DNA of 64,000 bases, from contig NW_026250416.1 in the NCBI RefSeq assembly GCF_024521635.1, forward strand, positions 496,001 to 560,000, in the 5' to 3' direction. This document shows positions 50,830 through 63,718 of the stretch, piece by piece. This DNA is from Tricharina praecox (Eukaryota). The stretch's first letter is position 1. Every line of letters begins with the position of its first letter. Made by a program: the position numbers and the translations under genes. Under the pieces are notes generated by a model, which was not told the DNA's origin, did not search any database, and was given only the letters and a program-made list of their open reading frames with translations.

Positions 50830-53800
50830 CTTGGCCGTGGGATGGAGGAGTGTGTGTGGTTCAATTGGGCCAGCATAGACGGTGGAGTATGTACATACAA
50901 GGGGTAGACCAAGGGAATTAGGGCTGGCAAACATGCTTACTAATTGAGAGAGGTAAGGGGATTATCTTGCAGCCGACAGGAGTTATAGAGCTATGAAGGA
51001 CTCTGGAGTTGCTCGGGAGGCTGTGATTACTGCGGTGGTGAATCCTCCTGGATATCTGTCGTTGGCGAGTGCAGTATGATGAGCCAGGACAAACCTACCA
51101 TCGAACGCACCAATCTCGGGATCTGGAGACTCACTTTCCACTTACCGTTGGCGCCCACGCCAACTTTGTTCCTCACATCCGGCCCGAAAAAGCCGGACTT
51201 CTTAGGCGGCCCGAACTGCCCAGCCCACATCCCGAATACCTCCCTTTTTCTAAAGTTGCTATACCTAATGCTTGCGAGCCGAAAAACAGCTCATTAGAAA
51301 GCCCCTCCGGTGGATAAATTGTACTTACAAGACGATGTGTGTTATCTTTCTCTCATCGATTTGCGGTTAAATCTATCTCCAATGCCCACCTTGGACCTCA
51401 GAGATCTAATCTTCGACGCCGACCGAAACTGGAGGGTCTGCGGGGTGGTGAAGACACAGATATCGGTAATCATCAGGATTCGAACAACGAAGTTAGAAAC
51501 TTTTTGTAGAAGTCCAATCCCTCACTACAGCAAGTTTTTAGTAATGAATCTCCGGCATTCAGACCGGTCTGGGAGCAGTGGAAAACCGAGTGAAATATAG
51601 TGACGAACAATTATGTCCTCAATAGGAAAGTGGACCCGAAAAGGACATCAATCTGGCAGCAAACCGGTACCGAATACCCACACGAGAAGGTGTTTTCCTT
51701 TCGATTGGATATGACCCGAACTAGATACTCTGGCATATACCTAACCGTGGGTTCGGTATGTAAGCTCTTCGGTAGATCCATTGTAGGTACCTACTACGTA
51801 TCTAGGCTGAATGGATGAGCTCTTTCGGTCTCGCATCCTGGCGCGGCTCGATGGGTGTGGGTTGCAGCATGTCATCGTCACTTCATCGATTCATCCCCCC
51901 TCCCGACCAGCCACCACGCAATACATACGCATCCACACCCAACTGCCGGCCGCCTCCCCCGATCGACGTTAACCAGTTAACCGTTCACTCACCGCGTTCA
52001 TTCGCCGCGTTCATTCGCTTTCCATGGCCTCACCGCCCTCCCCGCCCCCCGCCCCCGGTGCCCTTCACGCCGCATCGTCACCTTTAACCCACGCGCCCTT
52101 CCCATCCATGCATCCATCCATTCAGGCCCACCGTACATACATTCGTCAGGCATTCCGACCGTAGTGCACTCACCCGACAGACAGACAGACAGACCGCCTG
52201 CCTTGCCTTGCCTTGCCTTGCCTTCGCGCGATCGATACGACGGCTCGGCCCGGGAATGATGGGTTCTTTGTCAGCATTTTTGGAGTACCTACTCTAAGCG
52301 ACCCGGCCCTGCTGTGGACGCGCACACACGCGGCAGATACAGATACAAAGACAGCTGATATGCAGCGATATCCGCCCCATCTACCCACCTACCTATCGCT
52401 CTCTCGCCCTCTCGCTCGCTTTCGTGCTGTGCTCGGTACATCTACTCTAGATATCTCGGAAATGCGGGGCAGTATCCATTCCGCCCTGGGGAATACATAC
52501 CAAACCTAGAATCCCAAATCTCCCCAGTAAGGACTCCCGGTTGGGCTTTATGGGTGTACGGCACGACAACAACCAGGTCAGTCAGTCAGTCAGTCAGTTC
52601 TTCCTACCACCACCCACCACCATCCCATAAGCAGGACATGAAGAAAACCTAAACTCGCACCCTTCCCCTTCTGCCCCCACTCCTGCCCCCAGCTGTGGTT
52701 TCCCCCCTGTGTATGGGAAGGAAGGAAACCCGCCCTCCGCGGGTTGTGGTTTTTGTTTTTTCCTCTACTGGGGGGAGATAGCCCTCCCGCTGGGCCTGGT
52801 CTGGTCCGGTCTGGACGGGTATCCCGGTGCCCGAACACACAAGCTGCGGACTCTGAGAGCTAATCTGATCTGTCTCGTTACACTCCCCTTGCCGATTGAT
52901 TTGTATCTTGCACGCGTTTTATGGATGAAGTGGTTGCTGACCTATGGGGGTAGGAGGAGGGGGTGGAAGCGGGAACGGTGAGCGGGAAGCAGAAGGGCGG
53001 CACGGTTATCAAGCTTTGCATTTGCGTGATGCATGTCTCCGTCGTATCCGTACGATATCCAATCTTCAGCTCCTCTGTGTACTCTATAGTACCTACATCC
53101 CGTTGCTTTTTTCCTTCTTCAATCGGACTCGACAACCTTCACGGAGAATACTACCTACACCCTACATGCCAGGCGCCCCGCACACCTCCTCGATCACAAA
53201 ATCATTCGATTCGCTGGGACCGCGCAGTGGACAGCCCCTCGATGGTCCACGGTCCACGGTCCATGGATATCCAAGTATGTGTCATCGACTCTCCAGCAGA
53301 AGCAGCAGCAGCAGTGGACCTGTCCATCATCCATCTCACAACACGTCTAGCTGTTTACCGAGTTCGCACCCCTCCACCCCGTCAAAGTTTATCTCACCCG
53401 GGTTCATGGCACCGGAAACGCCCCCTTCGGCAGAGCCCGATTCTTGGGATGAGGGGATAAAGGTTCTTGGGATGAGGGGGAGGGGGAAAGGGGAGTGGTG
53501 AAACCAGACCATCTCCGACCATGACGGAGTGGGAATGTGGACCGAGAATAGGAGAACGAGAACGATGGGACCTGTCACCTGCACGGTGGGGGGTTGATAC
53601 ATGATATGGATGGTACCTATGGTATGTACTCTACCTGGGTATATCGTATGTACTCTACATACATTCCAAACTCCACCTCCACCGCCCCCGCACCCCCGCG
53701 GGGGTTTTATTAATGCCCTTTTTCCCGCGCTCCTTTTCTTCTTCTTTTTTATTTCTTTTCCTTGTGTATTACTTTCTTTTCTCCCCCACTGAGTCTAGTT

Positions 53801-56740
53801 GTGCTCTAGATTGCGCACTCGGAGCATGAGATAGATACTCTGGTTGGTGCCTTCGAAACGGCGATGATGAGCTGCGCTCTTCCCGCCGGTGCCGCTCGCG
53901 GCCCATTCACCATCCCCCCATCCCCCTCTTCTCATCCCCTCTCCTCATCCCCTCATCCCATCTACATACTAACCATACACATGTACGACTCCATTGAGCA
54001 AACCGTCCGTCTATACACATTTCCCCATATGCCATCCCTGCGTAGCTCCAGCTTGGCGGCAGAAAAGGCGGCTCCACACGTGATTGACGACGCATGCGCG
54101 CACCTGCAGTACTGTACTCTACTGTACTCTACTGTACTCTAATCCGCTCGACTCGACTCTACTCCAAATGAAGCAATACTGTTTGGATTGGGAAGAGGAG
54201 GAGCAAAGTGCCGTGTTAATGGGGAAAGATGCTCCTGCCTTCGCGGCAGTTGGGCGGCGGGGAGACTTCAAAAGCAAGCAAAACACACAACACATCGTCA
54301 GTCGGAATTGGAGCTTGCAGGCGATGCGCCGAGGCTTTGGACCACGTATATACATATGTGTGTACTTTATTTTCATCGTGATACATACGATGGCGATGGT
54401 GTTGACAGTTGTCGTTGTTCACCGGATTTCGTTCCGTTTCCTGCGATGTCTATGCGAACGTAGTCTACCCCGCTCTCCTCCATCGCTCCATCGTACTCGC
54501 CAAAAAAAAACTTTCTATGTGCTCTGTATGTATGTAAAGGTACGTACAGCGAATACATATGTCGGCACATATCCTGCATACATACCAACTTTTTTTCTTC
54601 GCGTCGGTGAAGAAGAGGGACGCAACGACGACAAAGTCGATGAGCGTGCAGGAAAACCTTTACCGTGCATCGCGAAGATGCCATGATGGGATGCCATGCC
54701 ATGCCTTGGGATGCCATGGTGCGGTGTGGTGCGGTGTGGTACGCGGTGCAGTGCACGGATCATCTGCGTCCCCGAGCGCTTCGTCGGCGGTGGTGGAGTA
54801 CCAGCACACACACATAGCAGCGGCAATGGGTGGTTATGTGAGTGGTTTTGCTTTTTTTCCACTTCTACTGATGATAGTTGGGAGCCGCAGGCAGCCCAGG
54901 CAGGCAGACGGGCGGACGCCGGACGAACTGTGGTTATGTCCGTCCGAGATCATCAGGAGCTGGAGTGGAAGTCCGAAATATCATATGTAGAGTACTGGTT
55001 AGTACAGTACGGTACCTAACCTGCTAATAAGTTTGCGCGCGAGAAGTTGCGGCCAAGACTCAGGAACAGCCAGCAACACGAACAGGAACAGGTGGGGAGG
55101 GGGCTTTTCCTGGATCATTCTTCCACGAATCCGCTTCCACCGTACCCATCTGCCGAGTGTACACCGGCGCGAGTGCTTCAGTCCATCGCAAACACCTCGT
55201 CACCCGATGGGCGATGGACAATGGACGATGCGCGATGGGAGTGATTACGCGCGGATGGAATGCGAAAAGTGAAATGCGCAAATGCGAAAAAGAAATGCGA
55301 AAAAGCGAGCAGTTCGATGCGGCGGGCCCGGGATTACTCTACTCTACATAGTACCTGCTCTGGACTCGAGAGGTGCCTATGTATACTCTACAGGTATCAT
55401 ACCTAAGGCATGTGCACTCACCTACCCAGGTATGCAGCACGAATCTCGATGTCGTCCGCACCGAGAAGCATCCGGGCCACAGACTACCTACCCACAATCG
55501 CGAAGATCGGCAATGGCCATCCAAGACCCGGCCGACCGAGCGAACGACCGACCGACTGGCTCAATATCCGCAGCGCTCAATATCCGCAGGAAATTGGCGC
55601 TGCAGCGACCCACGGCGAAATTTGGGGATTCTTCAGGGAGATTCTTCAGGGAGATTTCCTCCATCCACCCATCCTTCCTTTTTTTCCTTCGCCCAGCCCA
55701 GCCACGACGACGAACCCGGACGGGGCGTATGGGTTTCCTTATGTAGAGTAGGTACAGTACTCTATGCGCTAAGCAGGGATCGCGCTGCACCGGTACCAAG
55801 GGGCCGGAAAACGATATCCCATATCCATATCCATATCCATATCCATATCCATATCCGAGTTTCTCCTCCTGCTCCTCCTCCGTGACCAAAAAAAAGAACA
55901 TCTCGCGGCCGAAATTGTACACTACTACGGCATAGGTACATATGGGGATGTGATGGGATGTGATGGGTTCCCTCGGGTTGCCGGTCCTTGGCTCCGTCCC
56001 GAGGGTGTGGATTGAGTATTTCATACTTACGTATGGGCAGTAGGGAGGTTCTAACTAAAAACAAAACTAACAAAAAAAACTGCACCGTGCTTGCCGGGAC
56101 TGCGAGAAACAAACTGATATCCGAGGTTTAGTTAGGGTGTACGATGTAAACTTTGTGGATACCTTCGGTACATATCTGCTAAGTGGTACATATGCAACTG
56201 TGTATGTAGGATGCTTATCGAGCTCCCTCCGGAGTGGATATGTATGGTATAAGTTATGTATGCAGTTAAGCGGACCCAAGTTCCAACTGGAGGGGGGAAG
56301 AGGAATCTGGTGAGGTATCATACAAAGTTTGGGTTCTTACGTTAGTCCAGTCCATGCTAGTGTTTTTCGGTGCCGGGAGGTGCTCTACATAGCTTGGGGG
56401 CCAGATATTTCACTCTATTTCATGCGCTGGTGGTGGGTGGTGGGCGGTGGGTTGATTTTGATTTTGACACGAGAGGCTTGCGCGAGAAGGTATGGTTCTT
56501 TCCGACAGAACAGATGCATGAGGACGCTCGGGCTTGTCCTGGTGGTTGTGGATGGAAGTCGTGAATGCAAGTGGAAGGACAGTTGTAATTTCGGCCTGTC
56601 GGACATACATACATGTTACTTGGGTAGTTGCATAACTACATGCATACCTACCGATGGGCGGAGGATAACTATGGCTGGTAGCTAGTATGATCATGTGTAG
56701 AGTAGAGTAAATGTGGTGGATGAAGTGGGATTGGAGGGTT

Positions 56741-56832
56741 GATTGCTGCGGACTTTTTTCCTGGTAAAATATGGTAGATTGCTGTGGATATTTTCTCTCG
56801 TAAAATGTGGTGGATTGCTTCGGACTTTTTTT
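56741..56832. repeat. 36-bp minisatellite, about 2.5 units
   Basis: gattgctgcggacttttttcctggtaaaatatggta / gattgctgtggatattttctctcgtaaaatgtggtg / gattgcttcggactttttt. Confidence 0.8.
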
Positions 56833-59649
56833 CTTCTAATTTTGCTGTGCTTGCCTTTGCATATCGTATGTCGGTTTTTTCTTCTGTACGATGGGAGCGT
56901 GACGACGACGACGACAATACGACATGTACGATGCGGGTTCACAAGCTCATATTCACCGTGCATCGGTTCACATCCAAGTTCCCTTCCCTTCAGCCGGTAA
57001 CTATAGCAGAATCCGCAGTAAACCACTATACATTATGTATGTACTCCCCACCGGAAAGCACATGCAGATGACTCCTCCACGACGCTCATCACAGGCTTCA
57101 CCCCCCAAACCCCAGACCACACCACACCAGACCAGACCATCGTGGACGCCGGACGGTCCTCGGTACCAAGACGGGTGTGTACGGGAGATCTCCTTGCTTA
57201 CCTTACATACCAACCTTACCTTGCCTTACTTCAAGTGTCTCCACTCCCGAAGGCCGGAACTTAGAAGACGAATCAACTGCAGTCACCAGTGCAGCTCGGG
57301 CCCAGGCTATGTACAGGTCGTAGATGATGGACAAGGGCCGGGGGGGAGGGAGGATTTGAGCTATGATGTAGAGTAGGTACGGAGGGTGGAAGATGATGAT
57401 AATTTTCTGTGGTGTGGTGGTGGTGGTGGTGGTGGTGGTGCTCCCGTCTGCTTCCCGGATAGTTATGCCCCTCCCATCAGGACCACTTCTCAACTGTCAG
57501 ACCTTACCCATCCATCACCATCCGTTCCTCCCGCGCCCTTCCATACCGTCGGGTTAAACAACTACCTTTTGTACATACTACTGCTGTGAAAGACACTTTA
57601 GCGAATTCTGTGAAACCGATCACTGCTTCTTCTGCAGTGGCTGCTGATTCTGATGCCGATTCTAATGCTGATGCTGATGCCTAGGCGGTGGTGGCAGTGG
57701 TGGTGGCAACCAACCCGAACGGTACGATGCAATGTGGAAGTGTATAAAACTCCATAAGAACGGGGATAGTTGTCTCTTACACGTGTGGAGAAGAAATTCC
57801 GAGTTCTGGGAGGCTAGCTCATTCGTGCGGAGGTGGTTGTGTCTCGAGTACAGCGCTTGACTGCATCTTCTTCTTCGGGGAGGTTGAAGAATATCTACTC
57901 TACCATATCAGATTTGAATCGTGCAGCAAGCAGGCAGGCAGAAAAGGAGGCATGTGCGAAGAAAAAGAGAGACGAGGAAGAAGAAGATGAGTCCTGCGAT
58001 GTGGAAATTCCGCATGCTGTTGTTTTGACGAATCAAAGCTTCCAGCCAGCACCAACGCGATTGGCCCTGGGCTTCTAGGCACGTATTGCGGGCCCTCTGT
58101 GGAGTATGGCTGCAGCTGGAAACGAGCATACTTTTACTTGGTATGCATCTGTCCGTGCTGCCTGTCTGCCTGCCTGCCTGCCTCTATTCTACCCAAGTAG
58201 GTACTGCGCTGCCTGAAATCGAAGAGACGCCTCCGCTGCGTATCTAGATATAGGGACGGGGACTGCATTAGCGGAGTTGCACTTGTGAATGTTGGTCGTG
58301 ATTCTGCGCACCAAAACATGCTTGTCTGGTACATAGTAGAGTAGACGGAGTATTTGCTTCTTCTCGTTCTTGTTCTTCTCTTGTTCTTCTCTTGTTTCTC
58401 TTCTTCTTCTTCGCCTCAAGCTGGCACTTTTGCCTCGAAGCCTCGCCACGAGAGTACCCACGGGCCCAGACTTCCGGTGCTCCTGTATGTACTCTAGATG
58501 GAGTTGTATTCGGTAGATTACTATCCGGAGTTTCGTGTTTACTTCATGGTCGACGATACCGTAGTGACCATATCGATATATACTCCTTCTTATCGCTCGA
58601 GTGCTTCTCCTTCTGTCCTTGGTTGAGGTTTCGTATCGGCTTTCCTGTACTCTATTCCGACAGTCTCGAGGACTGCCCGCTCGCCTGTCTGCCTGCATTG
58701 CCTCATATTTACCACCACCGTAGACCGCCGCCCGCCCGCCCACCCGCCTACCGTACGGACCGTCATCTCGGTCACTCGCTCGGCCACCAATGGCCTCAAC
58801 CGCTCGCCGGCGGAGCCACATCTCCCATCCATCCATCCATTCCACCAATCGTGGCCGAGCTCACTATTGAGATTCTGCTCGGACTCCCCCATCCCCTCCG
58901 TGTATGTACTCTACTTCGGACAGCGAACTGTATCGACTCCGTCTCCGGCTAGTTAGATACTGGATCTTCTCGTGGCGGTACTTGTCCTACTGCGCCCTTG
59001 CCACGCTCCCAGTTGCCGAGTCCACAGGACACTCACCGCAGCCACACACCCACCCACCCAGCCAGCCAGCCAGCTAGCCGTCATCACCATCCCAAAATCA
59101 CCACCACTACCACACCCTTCTCCAATCCACCAAAGGAAAGAAAGGAAGAAAAAGGAAGAAAAAACAAATAAACCTAATAAAACCTAATAAAAACCAAAGA
59201 AAACCAGTTCGGGCCCATAAAACAATCCGTTCGGGCCCTATCATTGGCCGTAGACGATCCCAATCCCACACGGTCCCCACCCAGCACCGTCCCCCCACCC
59301 ATCCCGAGATCTCTCCCCACACGAACAAGTCAGCAACAATCGGATTCCGACAGTGAAGAACAGCCGCAGCTCTCAAACAACTCGCCTCAACTGCTAGCTA
59401 TGCCCAACTGCCTTCCTCTGTAGCCCTTGCCTCCATCTTAATCCCCACTCGCCTCAGTCTGTCTGCGCACTAGGCCTTTTGACCAACGACATCCACCAAC
59501 GCACCAGGCTCCTCTGTCTACTCCGCTTCTCGACCTGCTTAGTTGGCCTAGTAGTTATCTCTGGACGAAGGAGAGAGCACGTACCGGAGCGGACAGACAG
59601 ACAGGCGCGGAAGCAAAAGAAAGTGAAGGAAGAAGAGAAAAGAAAACGA

Positions 59650-59709
59650 AAGAAGAAGAAGAAGAAGAAGAAGAAGAAGAAGAAGAAGAAGAAGAAGAAG
59701 AAGAAGAAG
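59650..59709. repeat. (AAG)20 microsatellite upstream of ras2
   Basis: Read directly from the sequence. Confidence 0.95.
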
Positions 59710-60913
59710 AAAAGAAAAGAAAAAGACAGAGACGGACGGACGGACTCACGGAAACGGAGAGAAGGAGAAGAAAGATCATATACATTCCATTCAAACCCCC
59801 ATCTACCATACCGCTTGGCCCAGAACAGCCCTCTGTCCCCCAGATATCACGCTCACATTCACTCACACCTAACTCGCCGCAACCTGACACCCACACTCCA
59901 GTAACTAACCCATACCCGTACTACCTACCCACACCTCCCCCAAAGTCTACAATCCCTCCTGGATCCTATTCATCCTCCTCCTCCTCCTCCTCCGTCTCCT
60001 CCTCCCATTCCTCTTCCTCCTCCTCCTCCCATTCTCGTCCTCCTCCGCCGCCTCGCCCAGCTCACCCCTCTCCCCAATCCCACCGCGACCACGCCTTCGC
60101 CTCGCTACCGCCAATCCATCTCATCTCGCACGTCACCGCCCGACCGCCGTACCCCCCCTCGTCCGCCGCGCGCGCGCTCACGCTACAACCGTTTCTCCAT
60201 CCCTCAATCTCGTTTACGATTGCTCGCTCCAAAACCCTCAACCCGCAGGGAAGTGCCAAAGCGAACCAACGAAACGAAACGGCACGAGGGTAGCCGAACT
60301 CAGGTGGAAACTACCTTACTACGGCCACGACTCCTGCCTGCCCCAACTTGGGAGCTACCATTGACTAGCCCACCCAACCCGCCGCAGCTTTTGCCAGATC
60401 TAGACGAAGCGCTCCTGGACTCCCCCCCGGTCTAGTCTCAACTTACCACCACCACCGCTACCACTACCACCACCGCCCACCAACCACCCTCCACCGTCCA
60501 CCACCACCACTCGTCTCTCATCCTTCTTTCCTGAAGAATCCCCGTCCAGGTTTACCGTTCGCGAGCAGCAGCACAGTCGATCCGTACCCCGTGTCAACTT
60601 ACCGCTACCTCGACGACACCTCCACCTACCTCTACCACACCTACCCATCCACCACCTCCACCTCCATCACCTTCATACACCTCACCTCCATATACCTCAC
60701 CTACCTTCACCCTCCCCCAACCCATCAACACCAACCTCCACCACCTCCTCCGGCATCGTTGTCGTTGCCGCTCCTCACTCCCATTGCCCATCGACACTAG
60801 ATCCTCCCCTTGCTCGCTTATTCGGAAGCTACATCAACGCTCGAAGACTCGACTACGGAACGGGATAGGGGGATCAGAAATTTTCGGGCGTCCATCTCAT
60901 CACATCTTCCATC

Positions 60914-61735
60914 ATGGGGACGCGAATGACACTGTACAAGCTCGTGGTGCTAGGAGATGGAGGAGTCGGAAAGACTGCATTAACGATTCAGGTATGTCCA
61001 TCTTTTCGATTCGCGTCCCAAATTGCCTTTCACATCCCTTTCCCTCCGTCCGTCACATTCTCTCGCTGACTTGAAATTTTTATTCGAATCTAGTTATGTT
61101 TAAACCACTTCGTCGAAACGTACGATCCGACAATCGAGGACTCGTATCGTAAGCAAGTAGTAATCGACGGTTTCTCGTGCATGCTCGAGGTGCTCGACAC
61201 GGCCGGACAGGAGGAGTACACCGCGCTGCGCGACCAATGGATCCGAGACGGTGAAGGCTTTGTTCTCGTCTACTCGATATCCTCGCGGTCCTCGTTCACG
61301 CGTATACCGCGCTTCCATAACCAGATACTGCGAGTCAAGGAGAGCGCGGGCACGGGCGGGTCGCAGATGGCGAACTACAACAGCCAGGCACAGGTATACG
61401 GGGGCTCACCGGCCGCGAACGTACCCATCATGCTGGTCGGCAACAAGAGCGATCGCGTCACGGAGAGGGAGGTGAGCACACAAGAGGGCCACTCGTTGGC
61501 GAGAGAGCTCGGCTGCGAATTCGTGGAAGCATCGGCCAAAAACTGCGTCAACGTGGAACGCGCCTTCTTCGAGGTGGTCAGACTGCTGAGAAGACAACGG
61601 AACCTGGGACCAAGGAGAAACACGGGGACCGGCGATCCGGGCGAGCAGGGTATGGGCGCCGCGGCTGGCGGGAGAGGTGGCAAAACAAAGAAGGGGCCAA
61701 ACGGGAAACAGAAGAGGGGATGTGTCATACTATGA
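60914..61735 (+). CDS. ras2: Ras-family small GTPase Ras2/RasB, 239 aa, 2 exons
   Basis: Exon 1 60914-60991 (MGTRMTLYKLVVLGDGGVGKTALTIQ), intron 60992-61093 (GTATGT..GCTGAC..TAG), exon 2 61094-61735. Contains LCLNHFVETYDPTIEDSY, DTAGQEEY, NKSD, EASAK and CAAX box CVIL. GDGGVGKT, LCLNHF and TALRDQWIR are Ras2/RasB-type signatures. Confidence 0.97.
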
Positions 61736-61940
61736 GCGTCATGCGGTTGACGCGCGCGGTTGACGGAAGGGGGTGCGTAGCGGACTTGGTGGAAGGATGA
61801 GAGGTGCGGAAACATGTCCACGGAAGAGTGGGGGAAAGACGGGTGGGGGGATGGGTGTGAGATGTGGAATGCGCATCTATCGTTGGGTATCTACTTTCTG
61901 CATATCGGGTGTTTGCGGGAGGGGGAGTTGAGATGTTTGT

Positions 61941-61993
61941 GGATTGGATTGGATTGGATTGGATGGATTGGATTGGATTGGATTGGATTGGAT
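61941..61993. repeat. (GGATT)n pentanucleotide repeat in the ras2 3' region
   Basis: About 10 units with one interruption. Confidence 0.9.
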
Positions 61994-63361
61994 CTGGGTT
62001 GGAGGCCTGTTGTGTTGTTGTGGTTGTTGTTTATTACCTAGGTGTGTTTTCAGCGAGAAGTCTGTGTTTTAGTTCGTGTTGTGTGTGTGTTGTGTGTGTG
62101 TTGTGTGTGTTGTGTGTGTCCCTTCCGTTTCCGTTTCCGTTTTATATACGACGTCCGCCTTCACTTCACTTCATTTACCGTGATCTTTTTCTTCTTCTTT
62201 TCTTCTTCTTTTCTATTCTTCTTGTCTTTACTCCTTCTTTTCTCCTTCTTTTCTACTTCTTTTTGGTGCGCTTTGCATGGTGGATTGGAGTCCGAAAGAT
62301 GGATGTTTTTCTTGTTTCTTGCTTCTTGCTTCTTGCTTCTTGTTTCGTGTTTTGGAAAGTTTTATATTGCCTTCTTTCTTCTTTTCTTCTTCTTTTTTCG
62401 CACTTGGGAGATGGAGATGGGTATGGAAAGGGGTGGTGGAAAGGGGAAGAGGGACAGAAGAGGAGGAGGAGGAGGGGGGGGAAGGGGATGGGGAATGGGA
62501 GGGAGGACATGTTCATATTGAGATTTTTTGGTGGTTGGTTGGTTGGTGGTTTGGTAAATGCAAGAGAGGGGGTTGGAGCGATCCAGACGTTGTGCTGTGC
62601 GAGAGTTCGTTGTGCGAGAGTTGGTGATGAGTACGAGAGTTGCGAGAGTTGGCGATGAGTTGGCGATGAGTGCGAGTGAGGTTCCGTGCACATGTGTCCC
62701 GTCAATGAGCAGCGGTGGACTGAATAGGGGCCTGAAGGGGCCTCGGGGAGTAGGGGGAGTGGGGGGAGACGGCGGCTATTGCGCGTACTCTACAGAGGGG
62801 AGGATGGGGCATCATGGCGCGTGGTGGCGGTCGGGCGGGCGGTGGCGGGTGGCGGGTGGGTGGTGGCGAGTGGTGGATGGCAGATTGCAGGTTGTAGATT
62901 ACATAGCTCATGGATTTAAGTGGGGCGGGATGTGGAGTATCTCATCTGCTCGAGATGCTATGGCGGTTTGCAGCGAGCACGAGGCTTGCAGGAGCGATGC
63001 CTAGAGTCTTGAGGTCTGGCTGTTGTGCGCACTGCGTTCGCCGTGGGGCGTGGGGCGCTTGGTCACAGGCTCTCACTCGATAAGCTTGGAAAGTAGGCTG
63101 GCTTGGACGGATGGCTTGGACGGTTGTGTTCTTTTCTTGGTGCGCATCAACACAGGACGGGCTGGGCGGACAGCATAGGGCCTGGGGAAGCCACATTGAG
63201 GTTGCAACCAACGGTTGAAGACAGTGGGAACTCGGGAGCAATAGGATATGTAACTGCCATGATCCTATAAAGTCGAATGCAAACACGCTCAAACCAAAAA
63301 CCAAAACCAAGCTGTTCAACAGTGCTATGGACAGAACATGACCCCACACAACTCTCAAGAC

Positions 63362-63680
63362 TCAAGCCTTATAATGCTGAAACTCCTCCCCCTCCTCCTC
63401 AAAATCTAGTTCCGGCGCCTCCTCATACATGACATCGGTCCTCAGGGTATATTTCACGCCCCTCTCCATCTCCTCGCCCGAGTGGATCAACCACTGATGC
63501 TGAAAGACCAGGACTCTTCCCTGCACCGGCTCCACGTCCGCCACAGTCTTGTCGTAGTCGCCAAAGAACCGCGTAGAGCCGCCCACGTTCTCCGCATCGT
63601 TCTCGCCAAGGTACGAGTGGAACGTGAGGAGCGAGCGCTCCCGCCCGTCGGGCGTGATGTAGGAGCCGTCGCAGTGCGCT

Positions 63681-63718
<38 letters not shown>

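Noticed and set aside
59479-59904. 141-aa poly-lysine ORF
   Set aside because: Non-ATG start. It is simply the (AAG)20 microsatellite read in frame within the ras2 upstream region.
61864-62705. Hydrophobic 150-264-aa ORFs after ras2
   Set aside because: Translations of T/G-rich 3' UTR microsatellites (GGATT, GT, CTT).
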